DNA from: Piedraia hortae CBS 480.64
Lineage: Eukaryota
Direction: 5' to 3'
Assembly (NCBI GenBank): GCA_010093745.1
Contig: MU005983.1
Coordinates: 186,001 to 218,451, forward strand
Length of the DNA stretch: 32,451 bases
A program made the translations under genes and the position numbers. Under the pieces are notes generated by a model. The model was given only the letters and a program-made list of their open reading frames with translations, made no database searches and was not told the origin of the DNA. Position 1 is the stretch's first letter; the number at the start of each line of letters is the position of its first letter. This document shows positions 19,554 through 30,386 of the stretch, piece by piece.

Positions 19554-20138
19554 TCACCCTCTCAGCGCCCTCAGAGACTCACCCAGCCTTTCCTCCACAT
19601 CATCATTGCTCACTATCCCCTTTGACGGTGCGCCCATCTCGATCCTCCTCTCAACGCCAGCTTCATCCGCAACCTGGCTCATGAGGCGGTCGACTTCGTC
19701 CTGGGGGGCGGCCATGGCGGCTGTTCCACCCGTCGCGTTCTCGTAATAACCCGCGGCGACATCTAGATCCTCAAACTGGCTCTCGAAGCGGTCCATTACG
19801 AGCGAGATTTTGTCGAGATCCATGGTCTTCATTGCGCCATCCATGCCCTTGACGACGTTGGCCATGTTTCCTGTGACGGAGCGCATTGTAACAGCTGTTT
19901 GCACGCGCGACGCTACGGCGTCTATGCGGCCAGCCAGACGCAAGAGGTTTGTCTTCTCGTTGGCCTTGCGGATCGAATTCGCGGCGTAGATCTTGGCAAT
20001 GTCTTCGTTGCCCTGTGACAGTGCCTTCTTCAGCTTTGCTTTTTCCGCATTCTCTTCCTTGCCCGCCTTGGCCGCTTGTCGGTTTAGTTGCTTTGCCGTG
20101 AACTTGAGATTGAAAAGAGCCTTTTCTAGCCCTGACAT
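19554..20138 (-). CDS. DID2: ESCRT-III-associated Did2/Vps46/CHMP1 (194 aa, intronless)
   Basis: MSGLEKALFNLKFTAKQLNRQAAKA..RIDAVASRVQTAVTMR..VMDRFESQFEDLD..C-terminal MIM1-like ERLGESLRALRG. Confidence 0.95.
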   Translation of the reverse strand: MSGLEKALFNLKFTAKQLNRQAAKAGKEENAEKAKLKKALSQGNEDIAKIYAANSIRKANEKTNLLRLAGRIDAVASRVQTAVTMRSVTGNMANVVKGMDGAMKTMDLDKISLVMDRFESQFEDLDVAAGYYENATGGTAAMAAPQDEVDRLMSQVADEAGVERRIEMGAPSKGIVSNDDVEERLGESLRALRG

Positions 20139-20323
20139 GATTGTGATATCGTGGTTGCGTCTGTAGCTGTAGAGGTGTTGGCTATGACGTGCGTGGGGCA
20201 GGTGGGGTCGCGCCAACGGGTGTCTCCGCACACCGTCCCTTCCCAAAAGTTGGTGAAATCCAAAAACCTGGGAAAGAATACATTCTACGCTGCTATGCCC
20301 TCTATCAGTCTAACAGTACACTT

Positions 20324-22933
20324 CTATGCACCCGAATAGGGCCTGACGTTCCCGTACTCATCCTCCTTCGTGGGGCTCAGAGGCCCCTGCGATCTCCTAA
20401 ACGGATTGGAACTCGAATCAGCGGGCATGGTCTGCGTCATCTGAGGTGGACGATACTCGGTTGTGGCAGGTGGCGGCACATTTTCCGACCGTACTTCTTG
20501 AATGGCCGAAACACTCGGCTGCTGCCAGTGTGAGTGAGATTGGGATTGGGATTGAGCGGTATCTGCGGGCTTTCTCTTCCCTTTGGTACTCGCACGACGA
20601 AGGATTCCCCTGACATTCTCAATGTTCTGCTCGTCGATGCTGGTGCGGCCAAGCGTGCTTGAATCGTCACGTAAGTTCCACGCTTCCTCGCGGATGGGGC
20701 TGAACCCTGAACCCGTCGAGATGGCCTGTGCAACTGGACTAAAAAGCGTGGATGACTCGGTCTTGGAAACCAGTCGGGCATCCTTTCTTTCTTGTTCAGC
20801 ATCTTTTGCGGCCTTTTTGGCCTCTTCATCACTGATGGTGACACGGTAGGTCGGGTTGGCCTTGGTACCAGGATCGTCCACCCCACCGCCAGGTGGATAA
20901 ATGGGCACAGCACGAATAGCGGTGATGAGCGCGCACATGAACTTGTTGCGTCGTGCGCGTCTGATTGCCTCGTTGGCCCAGTTGCTTTTGTGCTTCACTT
21001 CCACCTGAAGAACGAGCTTCGCTTGGTCCGTAGTGCCAAGCAAGAATACCTCGACATCTGGCTGGAAATCCCTGCTGTTGTCTTTGTCTTTTACGAATTT
21101 GGTCAGCTCAGCCTTGAGCGTCTGGATGTCGTCAAGCTCGGTTTCATAGGCGACGTCGATGCTCAGCTGTTCGCTCATTGCCTTGCTGCGGCTGATATTT
21201 TCAATCCAGACCGTGTTCAATACGATGTTGGGAATTTGCACCGTCCGGCCAGTGTTGATACCGGAAATACGCCTGAACACACTAAACAGCAGTGAAATAT
21301 GCTCAACTTGGAACTGGTCATCCTTGATGTCGATGCGGTCTCCAACATCGTACGGATGCTTGACGAACACAAAGATGCACGAGCCGAGAACTTCCTGGCA
21401 AGTGACTGAGAAGACGAAGCTAAGCGACAAAAGTGCGGTTCCGGTCGTGGCCAGAGTCGTGACGAAGCTCTTGTTCAGGAAAGCAACGAAGATGAAGACG
21501 ACCGCAATGAACACGATCGTGCTGAGGAGCTTGTCGAGCACGTTAATAGCCTGGTCAACGTCGTGCAAACTGCTAGCGATAGCCTTGCGCTCACGGCCAA
21601 ACTCCTGGACTGTGAGAATCATCTCATCAAGACTGATGTCGCCGTTGCCATCGCGATCAAGAACTGCAAAAGTCTCTTCTGCCTCTTGTCGCCTCTCATC
21701 GCCCAGAACATCGAGAATGTCGTCAAAATACAAAGCTTCACGGCCCTCGACGACAAACGACATCCAGATACGCTTGGCCAGCGCCTCTGCGGACCTTGTC
21801 TTCTCCAATGCCCCGATAACGATTGAATGGGCGCTGTTGGGGTTGAACACCTCGCGGCCTGTAATTTCTTGAGCCACATTTCCAAACGCAGAGGTAATCT
21901 TATCGCCATATCGCCCAATATCTTGAAGGATGCGTCCCGGCGTGGCGGATCCTGAGCGGCTATATCCCTTTGGGGCTTTGAGGCCAAGAGCTTTGAGGTT
22001 GAGCTGATCACTGATGATATAGTCCTCCTCGGCAAACTCGTTGCAATAGGCAGGGAAGAGAGCCCGCGAAGACTCATACAGCAAACCAAGCAAGTGCACG
22101 CTGCGCTTGGACTCTTTGATCCTGAAGCTAAACTGCTTGCGGTGATAGTCGATTGAAATGATCTGGATCAAGGTCTTCTCGGCGAGGAAAACCAGAGTAC
22201 AGATGGTGGCAGCAGCTAAGATGTTTTGCATGATAAACTCCCACTCTTTGGGTTTCATATCATTGCGAGCCCTCTGCGCGGGGTTTCTGGTCATGATGGG
22301 AATGAAGGTGGCCAGCGAACAGACTGCCCATCCCACCAGCGAGATGGGGATCTCGAGGGCTCGAATGACTTGGGCATATTTGCGAACACCAGAGCTGACG
22401 ACGCCTGCAAATATCTGGAAAATGTACGGCAGGTAATGAGCCACCACCTTCGACGCCCACAGGCTTCCCCAGACGACTTCAACCCAGGAGAAGAACCAGA
22501 CAATGGGCACGCCGCCAATCTCCGCCTTTGGTGCTACCGTCGCCCCAACGATAATCGGAATGAGAATGATCAAGGCAAGCGGCACTACGTACACGAGATA
22601 GCGGGTGAAGGTGCTGAAGTTGAGGATCTTGCTGTACACCCTGCCCATAGCAGTGATGGTGTCCTCTTCTCCATCATACCCGACATGTCTTGGGCCGCCG
22701 GACTGGGCTTCTTTCTTTATTCGGCGACCAAAGGTCCTCCGCTTTTCTGACGTCGACTTTTGAGGCTTCAGAGATCCTGCAGTACGCCCGCCGGTGCCCG
22801 CATCACCTGGGACCTGCTCCAGGGGTATGTCAATGGTGGCATCGTTGGAGCTAAAGGCGTTTTGATTAGGAATGGGGGAAAAGCCCTCGCGCGACAGCCG
22901 GTGGCGCTTCAGGTGCTGTGCGTGGAGCGACAT
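20324..22933 (-). CDS. MscS-like mechanosensitive channel with an EF-hand (Msy1/Msy2 type)
   Basis: Multiple TM helices, EF-hand DRDGNGDISLDE, and the MscS core GSCIFVFVKHPYDVGDR..ISLL..PNIVLNTVWIENISRS. First ATG at 22933. Confidence 0.93.
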   Translation of the reverse strand: MSLHAQHLKRHRLSREGFSPIPNQNAFSSNDATIDIPLEQVPGDAGTGGRTAGSLKPQKSTSEKRRTFGRRIKKEAQSGGPRHVGYDGEEDTITAMGRVYSKILNFSTFTRYLVYVVPLALIILIPIIVGATVAPKAEIGGVPIVWFFSWVEVVWGSLWASKVVAHYLPYIFQIFAGVVSSGVRKYAQVIRALEIPISLVGWAVCSLATFIPIMTRNPAQRARNDMKPKEWEFIMQNILAAATICTLVFLAEKTLIQIISIDYHRKQFSFRIKESKRSVHLLGLLYESSRALFPAYCNEFAEEDYIISDQLNLKALGLKAPKGYSRSGSATPGRILQDIGRYGDKITSAFGNVAQEITGREVFNPNSAHSIVIGALEKTRSAEALAKRIWMSFVVEGREALYFDDILDVLGDERRQEAEETFAVLDRDGNGDISLDEMILTVQEFGRERKAIASSLHDVDQAINVLDKLLSTIVFIAVVFIFVAFLNKSFVTTLATTGTALLSLSFVFSVTCQEVLGSCIFVFVKHPYDVGDRIDIKDDQFQVEHISLLFSVFRRISGINTGRTVQIPNIVLNTVWIENISRSKAMSEQLSIDVAYETELDDIQTLKAELTKFVKDKDNSRDFQPDVEVFLLGTTDQAKLVLQVEVKHKSNWANEAIRRARRNKFMCALITAIRAVPIYPPGGGVDDPGTKANPTYRVTISDEEAKKAAKDAEQERKDARLVSKTESSTLFSPVAQAISTGSGFSPIREEAWNLRDDSSTLGRTSIDEQNIENVRGILRRASTKGKRKPADTAQSQSQSHSHWQQPSVSAIQEVRSENVPPPATTEYRPPQMTQTMPADSSSNPFRRSQGPLSPTKEDEYGNVRPYSGA

Positions 22934-23152
22934 GTCAAGTACAAAGAGCACCAGCCGAGGGTCGCCTTTTTTGGACCCCCGATTTCGACTCTGGACAATG
23001 CCCCACAGAATTCAACGCTTCAACCACCTGCAGGGGAGGCGTTAGCGCCGGCCAACCGCGTCCGCGCCAACGGGAATGGCGCACCTGTGACACAAACAGC
23101 AACACGTCATCACGTGGCATGGCGTCAAACGTCTCGAATTAAAATAGACACC

Positions 23153-26100
23153 CTATAGGAAGGCACACCATCCGATGTACATGGCGGCTAAATTGGCGGG
23201 ATTGACCGCCTCCCGTATGAGCACGTCTACATAGCCTTCGACTCCGAGTGGCACCTTTTCATCCTTGTAAAGACCCTTGAGTTTGCCCTGGACGCTATCG
23301 AGGATCTCCTGTGGCGTTTCCGGCACGCCGGCCACTGGCCGTTTTCTTCGTCCGGCGAAGTCTGTCGTGGGGTCATGTAAGAATGTCTCGAGCACCGTCA
23401 TGAGCGTGTCTCTGTTCTGTCGTAGAAGATTATAAGTCAACTCGCACGACTTGCGAAACGGTCCTTCATAGCCATAAGGTCCCATGGCATCCACCATATT
23501 ATGCGTAAGTCGAAAAGGAACCAGTTCCGGTTTCTCAAACGTCAATCCTTTGTCAAACAGACAATTGAAATCAACGTGAAAGATCCCTCCTGTAGATTCC
23601 TCAATGAGAATATTCTCTCCATGACGATCGCCCAGCCCGAGCACATGTCCCGTAATCGACATGACCGCCGCCGAACGCGCATACCTCAGCCTTGCATTAA
23701 ACCAAGTCTCCGGCTCAGGGTATGTTTCGGCGAACCACTCATGCAACACTGCCGGAAAGTTGCTCAGCACCTTCTCCTTGAAAAGATGCACATTCGCCGG
23801 CCCCTCAGCCGCCTGATCCAACAACTTCCTAATCTCGGTATAATTCGGCTTGATCCCCTTCCTCGCATAAATGTTCAGCAACAAGTCCCTCGTAGGTTTA
23901 ATCCCTTCAACCCATTCAATCGTGCCAGACTCCTCACTCAGCGGCGTAACCGCATAAGTCTTGATATACAGCCTCCGTTTCGAACTCTCCACATCCCTCT
24001 TCAACGCCCGATTAATAATCCCATTAAACTCCATCAGTCTCCTATCTTTCCTCAAATCATCCCGTGGTTTGCACAATAGACCATATTTCCTCCCATCAGT
24101 GCCCAGGACGGTAATTTTTCGAGGTCGCTGTAGGGAACTCAGAACAAGAACCTCATCTTTAAACGCTTGGATCATGACTTTTGTCTGTGGAAAGGCCTTG
24201 TTGCTCACAATCTGGTGATTGTCTTGGCTGCTGGGTATGTTGGGCGTTAACATCGCTTCTACGGGGACGACAAGAGAGCAGGGTGCGAGTTTGTGGTTGA
24301 AGTGTAGATCATTGCCGAGACTAACGTGCACTTTCCTCTGCTCGACGTGTGCTTCGCATGCGTGCAGGAGGCCTTCGGAGAGTTTTTGCCCGTGATTTAT
24401 CAATGCTTTGAGGTCAGAGAGACTTCCGTGGCGGGGCTTGTTTCCTGGATCGCGCAGCCGCGCAATAATTTCTTTTGCGCGTGCCGAGCGCGTTGGGTCG
24501 GTTGCTCGTAAGAGGGGGAATAAACTCCATAATGCTTCGTTGGGGTGTTCGGTTAGAATTCGCGTTATTAGGCTGGCGAGATGACTCCAGACTGTTGTGT
24601 TGGGGTGGCTGATTCGGGAGAGGAGTTGGGAAAGGGCTGGGTAGAAGACGTAGGATGGTACACGGGTGCTGTATTTTTGTATTTGGCGGTTTATGGTTTG
24701 AAGGCTTTTGACTCGGGCTTGGAAGACGGTGGGTTCTTCTTTTGGTGCGCGTGTGATAGTATTCATGCCAAGGTCAAGCCATAACGTCAGGGCTTTGGGG
24801 ATGGTTAGGTGCCAGTATTTGTTTCCAAAGGGGATGGAGCGGAGGAGGTTGTCGATGGTTGATTTGGTCATCTCCCCGCTGTGGAAATGAGGGGACTGCT
24901 TCGCTTTGGGTAGCATTTTCTCAGCTTCTAGGACCTTGTTGTAGTGTCTTCCTAAGTAGTAGTGGCCTTTTTCCCATTTCCGGAAATTCCTAGCTGCATT
25001 CTGGTACCGCGCAGTCATGTCTTTGGTCTGGCTTTGGCCCGTGGCATCTAGCCACTTTGCATAGAGAAGCTGTGCTCGAGCAGAAAGCAGATTTTGCTTC
25101 GCATACCGGTCGGTGCTTGCTGCTGTGTCAATTTCCATCTCGTTCGTGTGCACATCAAAGACCCCAGACTCGATGGCGGATTCAAGAGCCTGGATGGCCT
25201 GTCTCTGATGTCCATCGTGCCACAGCAACCTAGCTTCCTCGAGCTTCGCGGCCTGGTCACCGCAGGCATACGCCTGCAGCACAGCATGGTAGGCACTATG
25301 CGTGTTTCCAGCTTTTCTGGCCAACCGAGCCGTTGCAAGCCACGATGAAGCCAGTTCAGTATCGGCAAACGTCTCGCGTCTTGCTAACATGGCAGCACGC
25401 CGAAGCCCAAGTACTTGCAGCTTGTCCGCATTACAAGACCCCAGTGACTCTAACCGTTTGTCGGCGATCTTGCGGAACCTCTCAACTTGAGACTGGTCTT
25501 GACTCTTGATTGCATCAAGCTCATAAAGCATCTGTAACTTCAACAGCTCGCCATGGCAGGCATGAAGTGAACTTGTACGAGATTCCGTCAAACCTTGGGC
25601 AACGCTGGCTTGCAGCTTGGATAGCTGTGAGATTGAATTATCGCCCTGCTGGCCAACAATGATCCGTCCTAAGCTCGATTCGAACCCGCTCGAGTCACTG
25701 GCTTCGTTCAACTTTAGACAATTTTTTAGACTAGAAAGATCCCCTGACATCCAGGCTGCTTCTACAGCGTAGGACAGCAATCGCTGTCTCGTCTGGGCTG
25801 TTTCAGGCCCAGTTTCAATGTCCATTAGGAACGACTTGGCTGATCTCAGGAGAGAAGCATGCTGTCCCATTTCACGCAGGCAATTGAGCAGCGAGGCCTG
25901 CAAATCACCGCTTGACGGCTGAGCAGAAAGTTGGAGTTCGAACCACTCCTGGGCAGCCGTCCAACGACCAGCTTTGGTATGCTGCACAGCCTGTTGCTCC
26001 TCGGTCAAAAGAGGAAGATGAGCACCGATGCCTTCAAGGCCATCTGGCTCATCAATCGCAGCATAGATTTGATGTAACCTCGCGTAGTCCTTTTCCGCAT

Positions 26101-29100
26101 CTGCAGACATTCGAGGGGGTGGAATCAGAGCTCGCTGCTGGCGGATATATTGCTCCCAGTTGAATAAAGCTCGAGCATGCGAGCCGCACTCCATGGACCG
26201 GGTAGCCAGCGTTTCAGCTGGAATGCCGCGCAGAAAGCGGCTTATTGTCTTAATCTGCTCCATGTTTTTCTCTTCTTCAAAATCGACTTGCGAGCGGGAA
26301 TTGCGATAGGCATCAGACTGCGCCTGGGCAAGAACCTTCTTCTTCTCCTGCAGCCAACGTGAGAGGTAATCCAAGACGGCAAAGACCGTCTCGCTGCATT
26401 GCTTTACCGTTTCCAGCTCTGTTTTGTTGCTGGGCTGGCACCGCAGAACAGCCAAGAACTCTTTCTGGATATCGTCGCACTCAGAGACGGTACCACCAAT
26501 AACCACGTTCAGTACAGCATACGGGAGTATGAACTTAGCAATAGCCAGATCGTGTCTGCGAATCGACCGAGCGAGGAGCGGAAACACCATTTTCGCATTG
26601 TGTCCTTTGCCTTTGAACATCAAGTCAGACACGAGAGATCGCAACCAGACAGCATGACCAGCGGACTGGTCGAAGCCAGGGTACGATCGTGCTGTAGGGT
26701 TTTGCATGCTTCTGGTTAGTAGATACCTTGATGTCAAAAATGGCATGAGGGTGATGCGGATGTGTTCAGGCATGGACGCCCATCGTTTCTGTGCGTCAGG
26801 CGCAGCCTGAGATGGTCTAGCGAGATTAGTTGTATCGTCATTGAAACCGCAAAAATGAAGTAGCTCCTGAATCACATAGGCCAAGATCCCTTGGGCGCTG
26901 GTATCGGTCGATGACTTGAAAGCCTTCACGAGAACTTCGTCAAACATGACAACCACCCAGTCAATGACTTCGTTGGCCTTTTCGAAATTTGACAGCATCA
27001 GAAGCTGCTTTGGCTTCTTTGAAACCTCCACCCGGTTCGGATCAAGACAGCCGATGACCCCCAGAGCTTCCCCAGAGAGCCCTGCAATATCCTTGTTACG
27101 GGATGCAAGCTTGGTGGATACATCGAGAAGTGTGCGCACAAGAGTCCCAAGTACGGGCTCTGGTTGCTCACTGACCGCAGCATCGTGGATGAATTCTTGA
27201 TTATCCACAAGAAACGGAATGAGTTCACGCAAGGCCTGGCAGACGACCATCTCACTTTCATTTTGCAACCGTGTCTCGAAGCCTCGGAATCGGGTTTCCA
27301 CTGTCGATAAATCGCGCAGACGTTCAAACTGGTTTTCGAGCTTGCTCATTATTGGAATATCCTTGAGGGATGGTAGTGAGAGCACATTCTCTCTGAAGAC
27401 ATGGTTATTGGCCTTGACCAAATCTGTGAGCTGGGTGTAACTCGCCGTCTGCACCTTTGGCGATAGACGTGACCAATGCTGCACAACGAGAGCAAACGTC
27501 TGTTCAATGATGGAGATAAGATCATCCGCATTGAGGACAGAAAGCAAAGTCAACCAAGTCTCGAACGCCGTCTCACACAACTCCGGCTTATCCATTGCGG
27601 ACTGTAAAAAGGCCTTGATTTGCGGCAAGGCAACACAAGCATGGTGCTTGATCAAACCAATCATATCCTTGAGCCCATTCAACCATCTCATCTTCTCAGC
27701 CATCGTCGCCCCATCTTGATTATCATCTAGCGCCTTTGAGAAGTGGGTCATGATGCCGAGGATATGAGTATCGAAGAAACTCACAATACTCCGACCCTGT
27801 CTGATCACAACATCCGAACCCTCTCCAGACGATTTCTGAGCCATATGCGTAAAACTCTGAAACGCTCGGATAGCCATCTGCTTCTCATTCACGGGAGCAT
27901 CCCCACTGCGTTTCAACATCTCACACGAAGTGAGCACGGAATCAATTTTAACGATACTCGCCAGATCGACTCCCGCAAATTCCGGCGCCACATGTACCAG
28001 GCATTGCAACGCAGCCTTCTCAACCTCCCCAACCGGCTGGAAAAACAGACAAGCCAATGTCGCCGCCAGATTACTGATAGGCTGCAGACAGACATCGCGT
28101 ACAGATTCCTTTTTCCCTCTTGCCTCTGCGATTCTTTGAAGAATGTCACGCTTCTTGTTAAGAACGAGGTCCGGCACGGTGTAATACTGCGTCATGACGA
28201 GAAAGGCATTGACTTCCACCCTCAAAAGGTCGCACAAATTCTGGATCTTTTGGGGACAGGATTTTAAGTCCCGAACAGCTGCGACCGCAACCGTGCTCCA
28301 AAACGGTCTGAACAGATCCATGATGCTGGATTTTCTGGCGTTGGCGATTTTTTCGACCTCGTCAAACGCAGCTGCGCAGGCGACGACATTGGGATGGCCG
28401 AGATAGTCTACCAGCCTCAGCAGAACAAGATTCAGCTCGCTTTGCCCACACACGCGCGCGACGTGTCCCCAGGTTCCAATAAGGGTCTCTTGCATGCTAG
28501 CAGGAGTCTCGTTGGATAACTTCCGTAAATAAATCAACGCGGTTTGTCTGTTTTTGATTCGTAGCTCGGCGGGAACGTTCTCGCCGAGGAACATTGGTAG
28601 ACATTGGCCTGCTGCGATGCGGAGCTCTCGGAGCGAGCTCTGAAGGGATTTTAGACAGTGGTCGCCAAAGTCTGACTTGGAAAGATCCAGCTCCGCTTCG
28701 CTAGTAGCTGCTGATACCCAACCTTGAATGGCAAACATGGCGAGAACGCGCGCGCGTTTGCTTTTGCGGACCTCGGGGAGGGACAGAAGCTGGCTGATGG
28801 TCTGGTGTACAGGAGATCGATCGGTGGTGCTGAGACTGGCCAAGAGGCTCCATACATGCCACTGATTGTCAGGCGGTAGTTGTGCATACGATGTGCGTGC
28901 AGATGCAGCGATGCTTGAGATATCATTGTGTGCATTGCCAGTGAGAAGTTTTGTGAGGCGATGTCGCTTTTCTGATAGTCTCAGATCGGATATATCATCA
29001 TTGAGTTTCCTTCTCTTCCGCTTTCTCGGGTTGATTGAGATATCACAGTCCTCGTGCAGCTCAGTAGCATCCTCGTTTTGGGCAAGATTGCACTGAGTAT

Positions 29101-30241
29101 TGCCGTTCAACGAAGCCTCAACCTGAGTAGGAAGATCCGCAGGTGGAACGTAGCGATGTAGCCAAGCAGCAGTCGCACTTTTCAGATCATCTTGCAACCG
29201 TTCAAACTTTGAACTTTCCACCAATGCTTGCACTTGAGGCAGAATGATCTCTTTTGTCAGGCTGTCGGGCACTTTCAGCATGCGAATGAGAGCATTTGCA
29301 AGCTGATCTTGCTGTTGGACCAAAGGGAGATCAGTCTTCACAACATCCCGCAGCAAGCGTCCTAACATCCGGGGACAATCATCTCTCCCAAGGAACAACC
29401 TAACAGTGGTTGCCCACTGATTCGTCCGTTCCAGAATACTCTGCAGGCGCGGAGCCAGGTCGGAGAGTCTGCGCGCCGTCTCCTTCCTCCAAGTAGGATT
29501 CAAAGTTGGGATACTGGAGAGGAGTAGAGCGAGATGGAGGGCATGTCCACGATTGGTGATTGTGGTCTGACATTCAACGGGGATGGCAATCATGTCTTTG
29601 CTCTGCGGCCACAGAGCTGAGATACTTTGAGCAGAGGGTAACTTGAGACTGAAGCCACTGGTCATATGGGTTTTTACATCAGCTTCAAGAACGGATAAAG
29701 CATCGTCCACTACATGTTGGCAAACCTGACGAAACGCGCCGGCTAAATGCCATGTATAGACAGAAGCAGTGAGTGCACGAACCGCCGCGTTGATGAGACG
29801 TGGAAGATGGAGTGTTTCGCATTTGGGACGGCCACAAATTGCCGCTATCTGGGCGAGGAGAGATACTGCCAATGGGGGACCATTTTCACTCAAGGGCATT
29901 AACAGAATCTCGGGTTGGCGGGATATTGTCAATTCAATTACTGCGATACTGTCGTCTGCTTGCGGAATGAGAGAATCGCGTTGGACGAAGGGATCCTCTC
30001 TGGCAAGGGGCGCCAGGCCCGCTTCAGTAACAACAGCGACGAGGGATACATTAGTGCGTTGATCGGTCTCTTGGGTAGCTCCGGGGTCGTTTAATATCTC
30101 ATGTAGCAGATGGGCAAAGGATGGTGTTTCGCTGAGAACTTGTTGAGATGCAACTGGTTTGGTTTGGTTCTGTACAATCTGGGCAGCAAGAGTTGAAGGC
30201 GGTGGCCCGTTTACTTTCCCGTCAAACCGAATGCCACTCAT
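23153..30241 (-). CDS. MEC1: ATR/Mec1 PIKK checkpoint kinase (~2362 aa, intronless)
   Basis: UME/HEAT region, FAT domain (IDEPDGLEGI), kinase SLQRPRKI..LCKPRDDLRKD..GLGDRHGENIL..HVDFNCLFDKG..VPFRLTHNM, and FATC LAAMYIGWCAFL. The ORF-track start at 30262 is a TTG; the first ATG is at 30241. Confidence 0.97.
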   Translation of the reverse strand: MSGIRFDGKVNGPPPSTLAAQIVQNQTKPVASQQVLSETPSFAHLLHEILNDPGATQETDQRTNVSLVAVVTEAGLAPLAREDPFVQRDSLIPQADDSIAVIELTISRQPEILLMPLSENGPPLAVSLLAQIAAICGRPKCETLHLPRLINAAVRALTASVYTWHLAGAFRQVCQHVVDDALSVLEADVKTHMTSGFSLKLPSAQSISALWPQSKDMIAIPVECQTTITNRGHALHLALLLSSIPTLNPTWRKETARRLSDLAPRLQSILERTNQWATTVRLFLGRDDCPRMLGRLLRDVVKTDLPLVQQQDQLANALIRMLKVPDSLTKEIILPQVQALVESSKFERLQDDLKSATAAWLHRYVPPADLPTQVEASLNGNTQCNLAQNEDATELHEDCDISINPRKRKRRKLNDDISDLRLSEKRHRLTKLLTGNAHNDISSIAASARTSYAQLPPDNQWHVWSLLASLSTTDRSPVHQTISQLLSLPEVRKSKRARVLAMFAIQGWVSAATSEAELDLSKSDFGDHCLKSLQSSLRELRIAAGQCLPMFLGENVPAELRIKNRQTALIYLRKLSNETPASMQETLIGTWGHVARVCGQSELNLVLLRLVDYLGHPNVVACAAAFDEVEKIANARKSSIMDLFRPFWSTVAVAAVRDLKSCPQKIQNLCDLLRVEVNAFLVMTQYYTVPDLVLNKKRDILQRIAEARGKKESVRDVCLQPISNLAATLACLFFQPVGEVEKAALQCLVHVAPEFAGVDLASIVKIDSVLTSCEMLKRSGDAPVNEKQMAIRAFQSFTHMAQKSSGEGSDVVIRQGRSIVSFFDTHILGIMTHFSKALDDNQDGATMAEKMRWLNGLKDMIGLIKHHACVALPQIKAFLQSAMDKPELCETAFETWLTLLSVLNADDLISIIEQTFALVVQHWSRLSPKVQTASYTQLTDLVKANNHVFRENVLSLPSLKDIPIMSKLENQFERLRDLSTVETRFRGFETRLQNESEMVVCQALRELIPFLVDNQEFIHDAAVSEQPEPVLGTLVRTLLDVSTKLASRNKDIAGLSGEALGVIGCLDPNRVEVSKKPKQLLMLSNFEKANEVIDWVVVMFDEVLVKAFKSSTDTSAQGILAYVIQELLHFCGFNDDTTNLARPSQAAPDAQKRWASMPEHIRITLMPFLTSRYLLTRSMQNPTARSYPGFDQSAGHAVWLRSLVSDLMFKGKGHNAKMVFPLLARSIRRHDLAIAKFILPYAVLNVVIGGTVSECDDIQKEFLAVLRCQPSNKTELETVKQCSETVFAVLDYLSRWLQEKKKVLAQAQSDAYRNSRSQVDFEEEKNMEQIKTISRFLRGIPAETLATRSMECGSHARALFNWEQYIRQQRALIPPPRMSADAEKDYARLHQIYAAIDEPDGLEGIGAHLPLLTEEQQAVQHTKAGRWTAAQEWFELQLSAQPSSGDLQASLLNCLREMGQHASLLRSAKSFLMDIETGPETAQTRQRLLSYAVEAAWMSGDLSSLKNCLKLNEASDSSGFESSLGRIIVGQQGDNSISQLSKLQASVAQGLTESRTSSLHACHGELLKLQMLYELDAIKSQDQSQVERFRKIADKRLESLGSCNADKLQVLGLRRAAMLARRETFADTELASSWLATARLARKAGNTHSAYHAVLQAYACGDQAAKLEEARLLWHDGHQRQAIQALESAIESGVFDVHTNEMEIDTAASTDRYAKQNLLSARAQLLYAKWLDATGQSQTKDMTARYQNAARNFRKWEKGHYYLGRHYNKVLEAEKMLPKAKQSPHFHSGEMTKSTIDNLLRSIPFGNKYWHLTIPKALTLWLDLGMNTITRAPKEEPTVFQARVKSLQTINRQIQKYSTRVPSYVFYPALSQLLSRISHPNTTVWSHLASLITRILTEHPNEALWSLFPLLRATDPTRSARAKEIIARLRDPGNKPRHGSLSDLKALINHGQKLSEGLLHACEAHVEQRKVHVSLGNDLHFNHKLAPCSLVVPVEAMLTPNIPSSQDNHQIVSNKAFPQTKVMIQAFKDEVLVLSSLQRPRKITVLGTDGRKYGLLCKPRDDLRKDRRLMEFNGIINRALKRDVESSKRRLYIKTYAVTPLSEESGTIEWVEGIKPTRDLLLNIYARKGIKPNYTEIRKLLDQAAEGPANVHLFKEKVLSNFPAVLHEWFAETYPEPETWFNARLRYARSAAVMSITGHVLGLGDRHGENILIEESTGGIFHVDFNCLFDKGLTFEKPELVPFRLTHNMVDAMGPYGYEGPFRKSCELTYNLLRQNRDTLMTVLETFLHDPTTDFAGRRKRPVAGVPETPQEILDSVQGKLKGLYKDEKVPLGVEGYVDVLIREAVNPANLAAMYIGWCAFL

Positions 30242-30386
30242 GCCGTGGCAGCAACTGGCCAATGTAACGACATCTGTGGAACGTTTTACGCTATCAGTTG
30301 CCGCCTTCCCTCATCAGGATAGCCTCCCCGCACCTTATTCCGACGTCACTTCTATCTACAGCAGCACAGCGAAGAATCAATGCGGT

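Noticed and set aside
19554..19556. Genome-wide TGA recoding as an explanation of the internal TGAs
   Set aside because: DID2 terminates on TGA at its conserved C-terminus, and no core gene contains an internal TGA.
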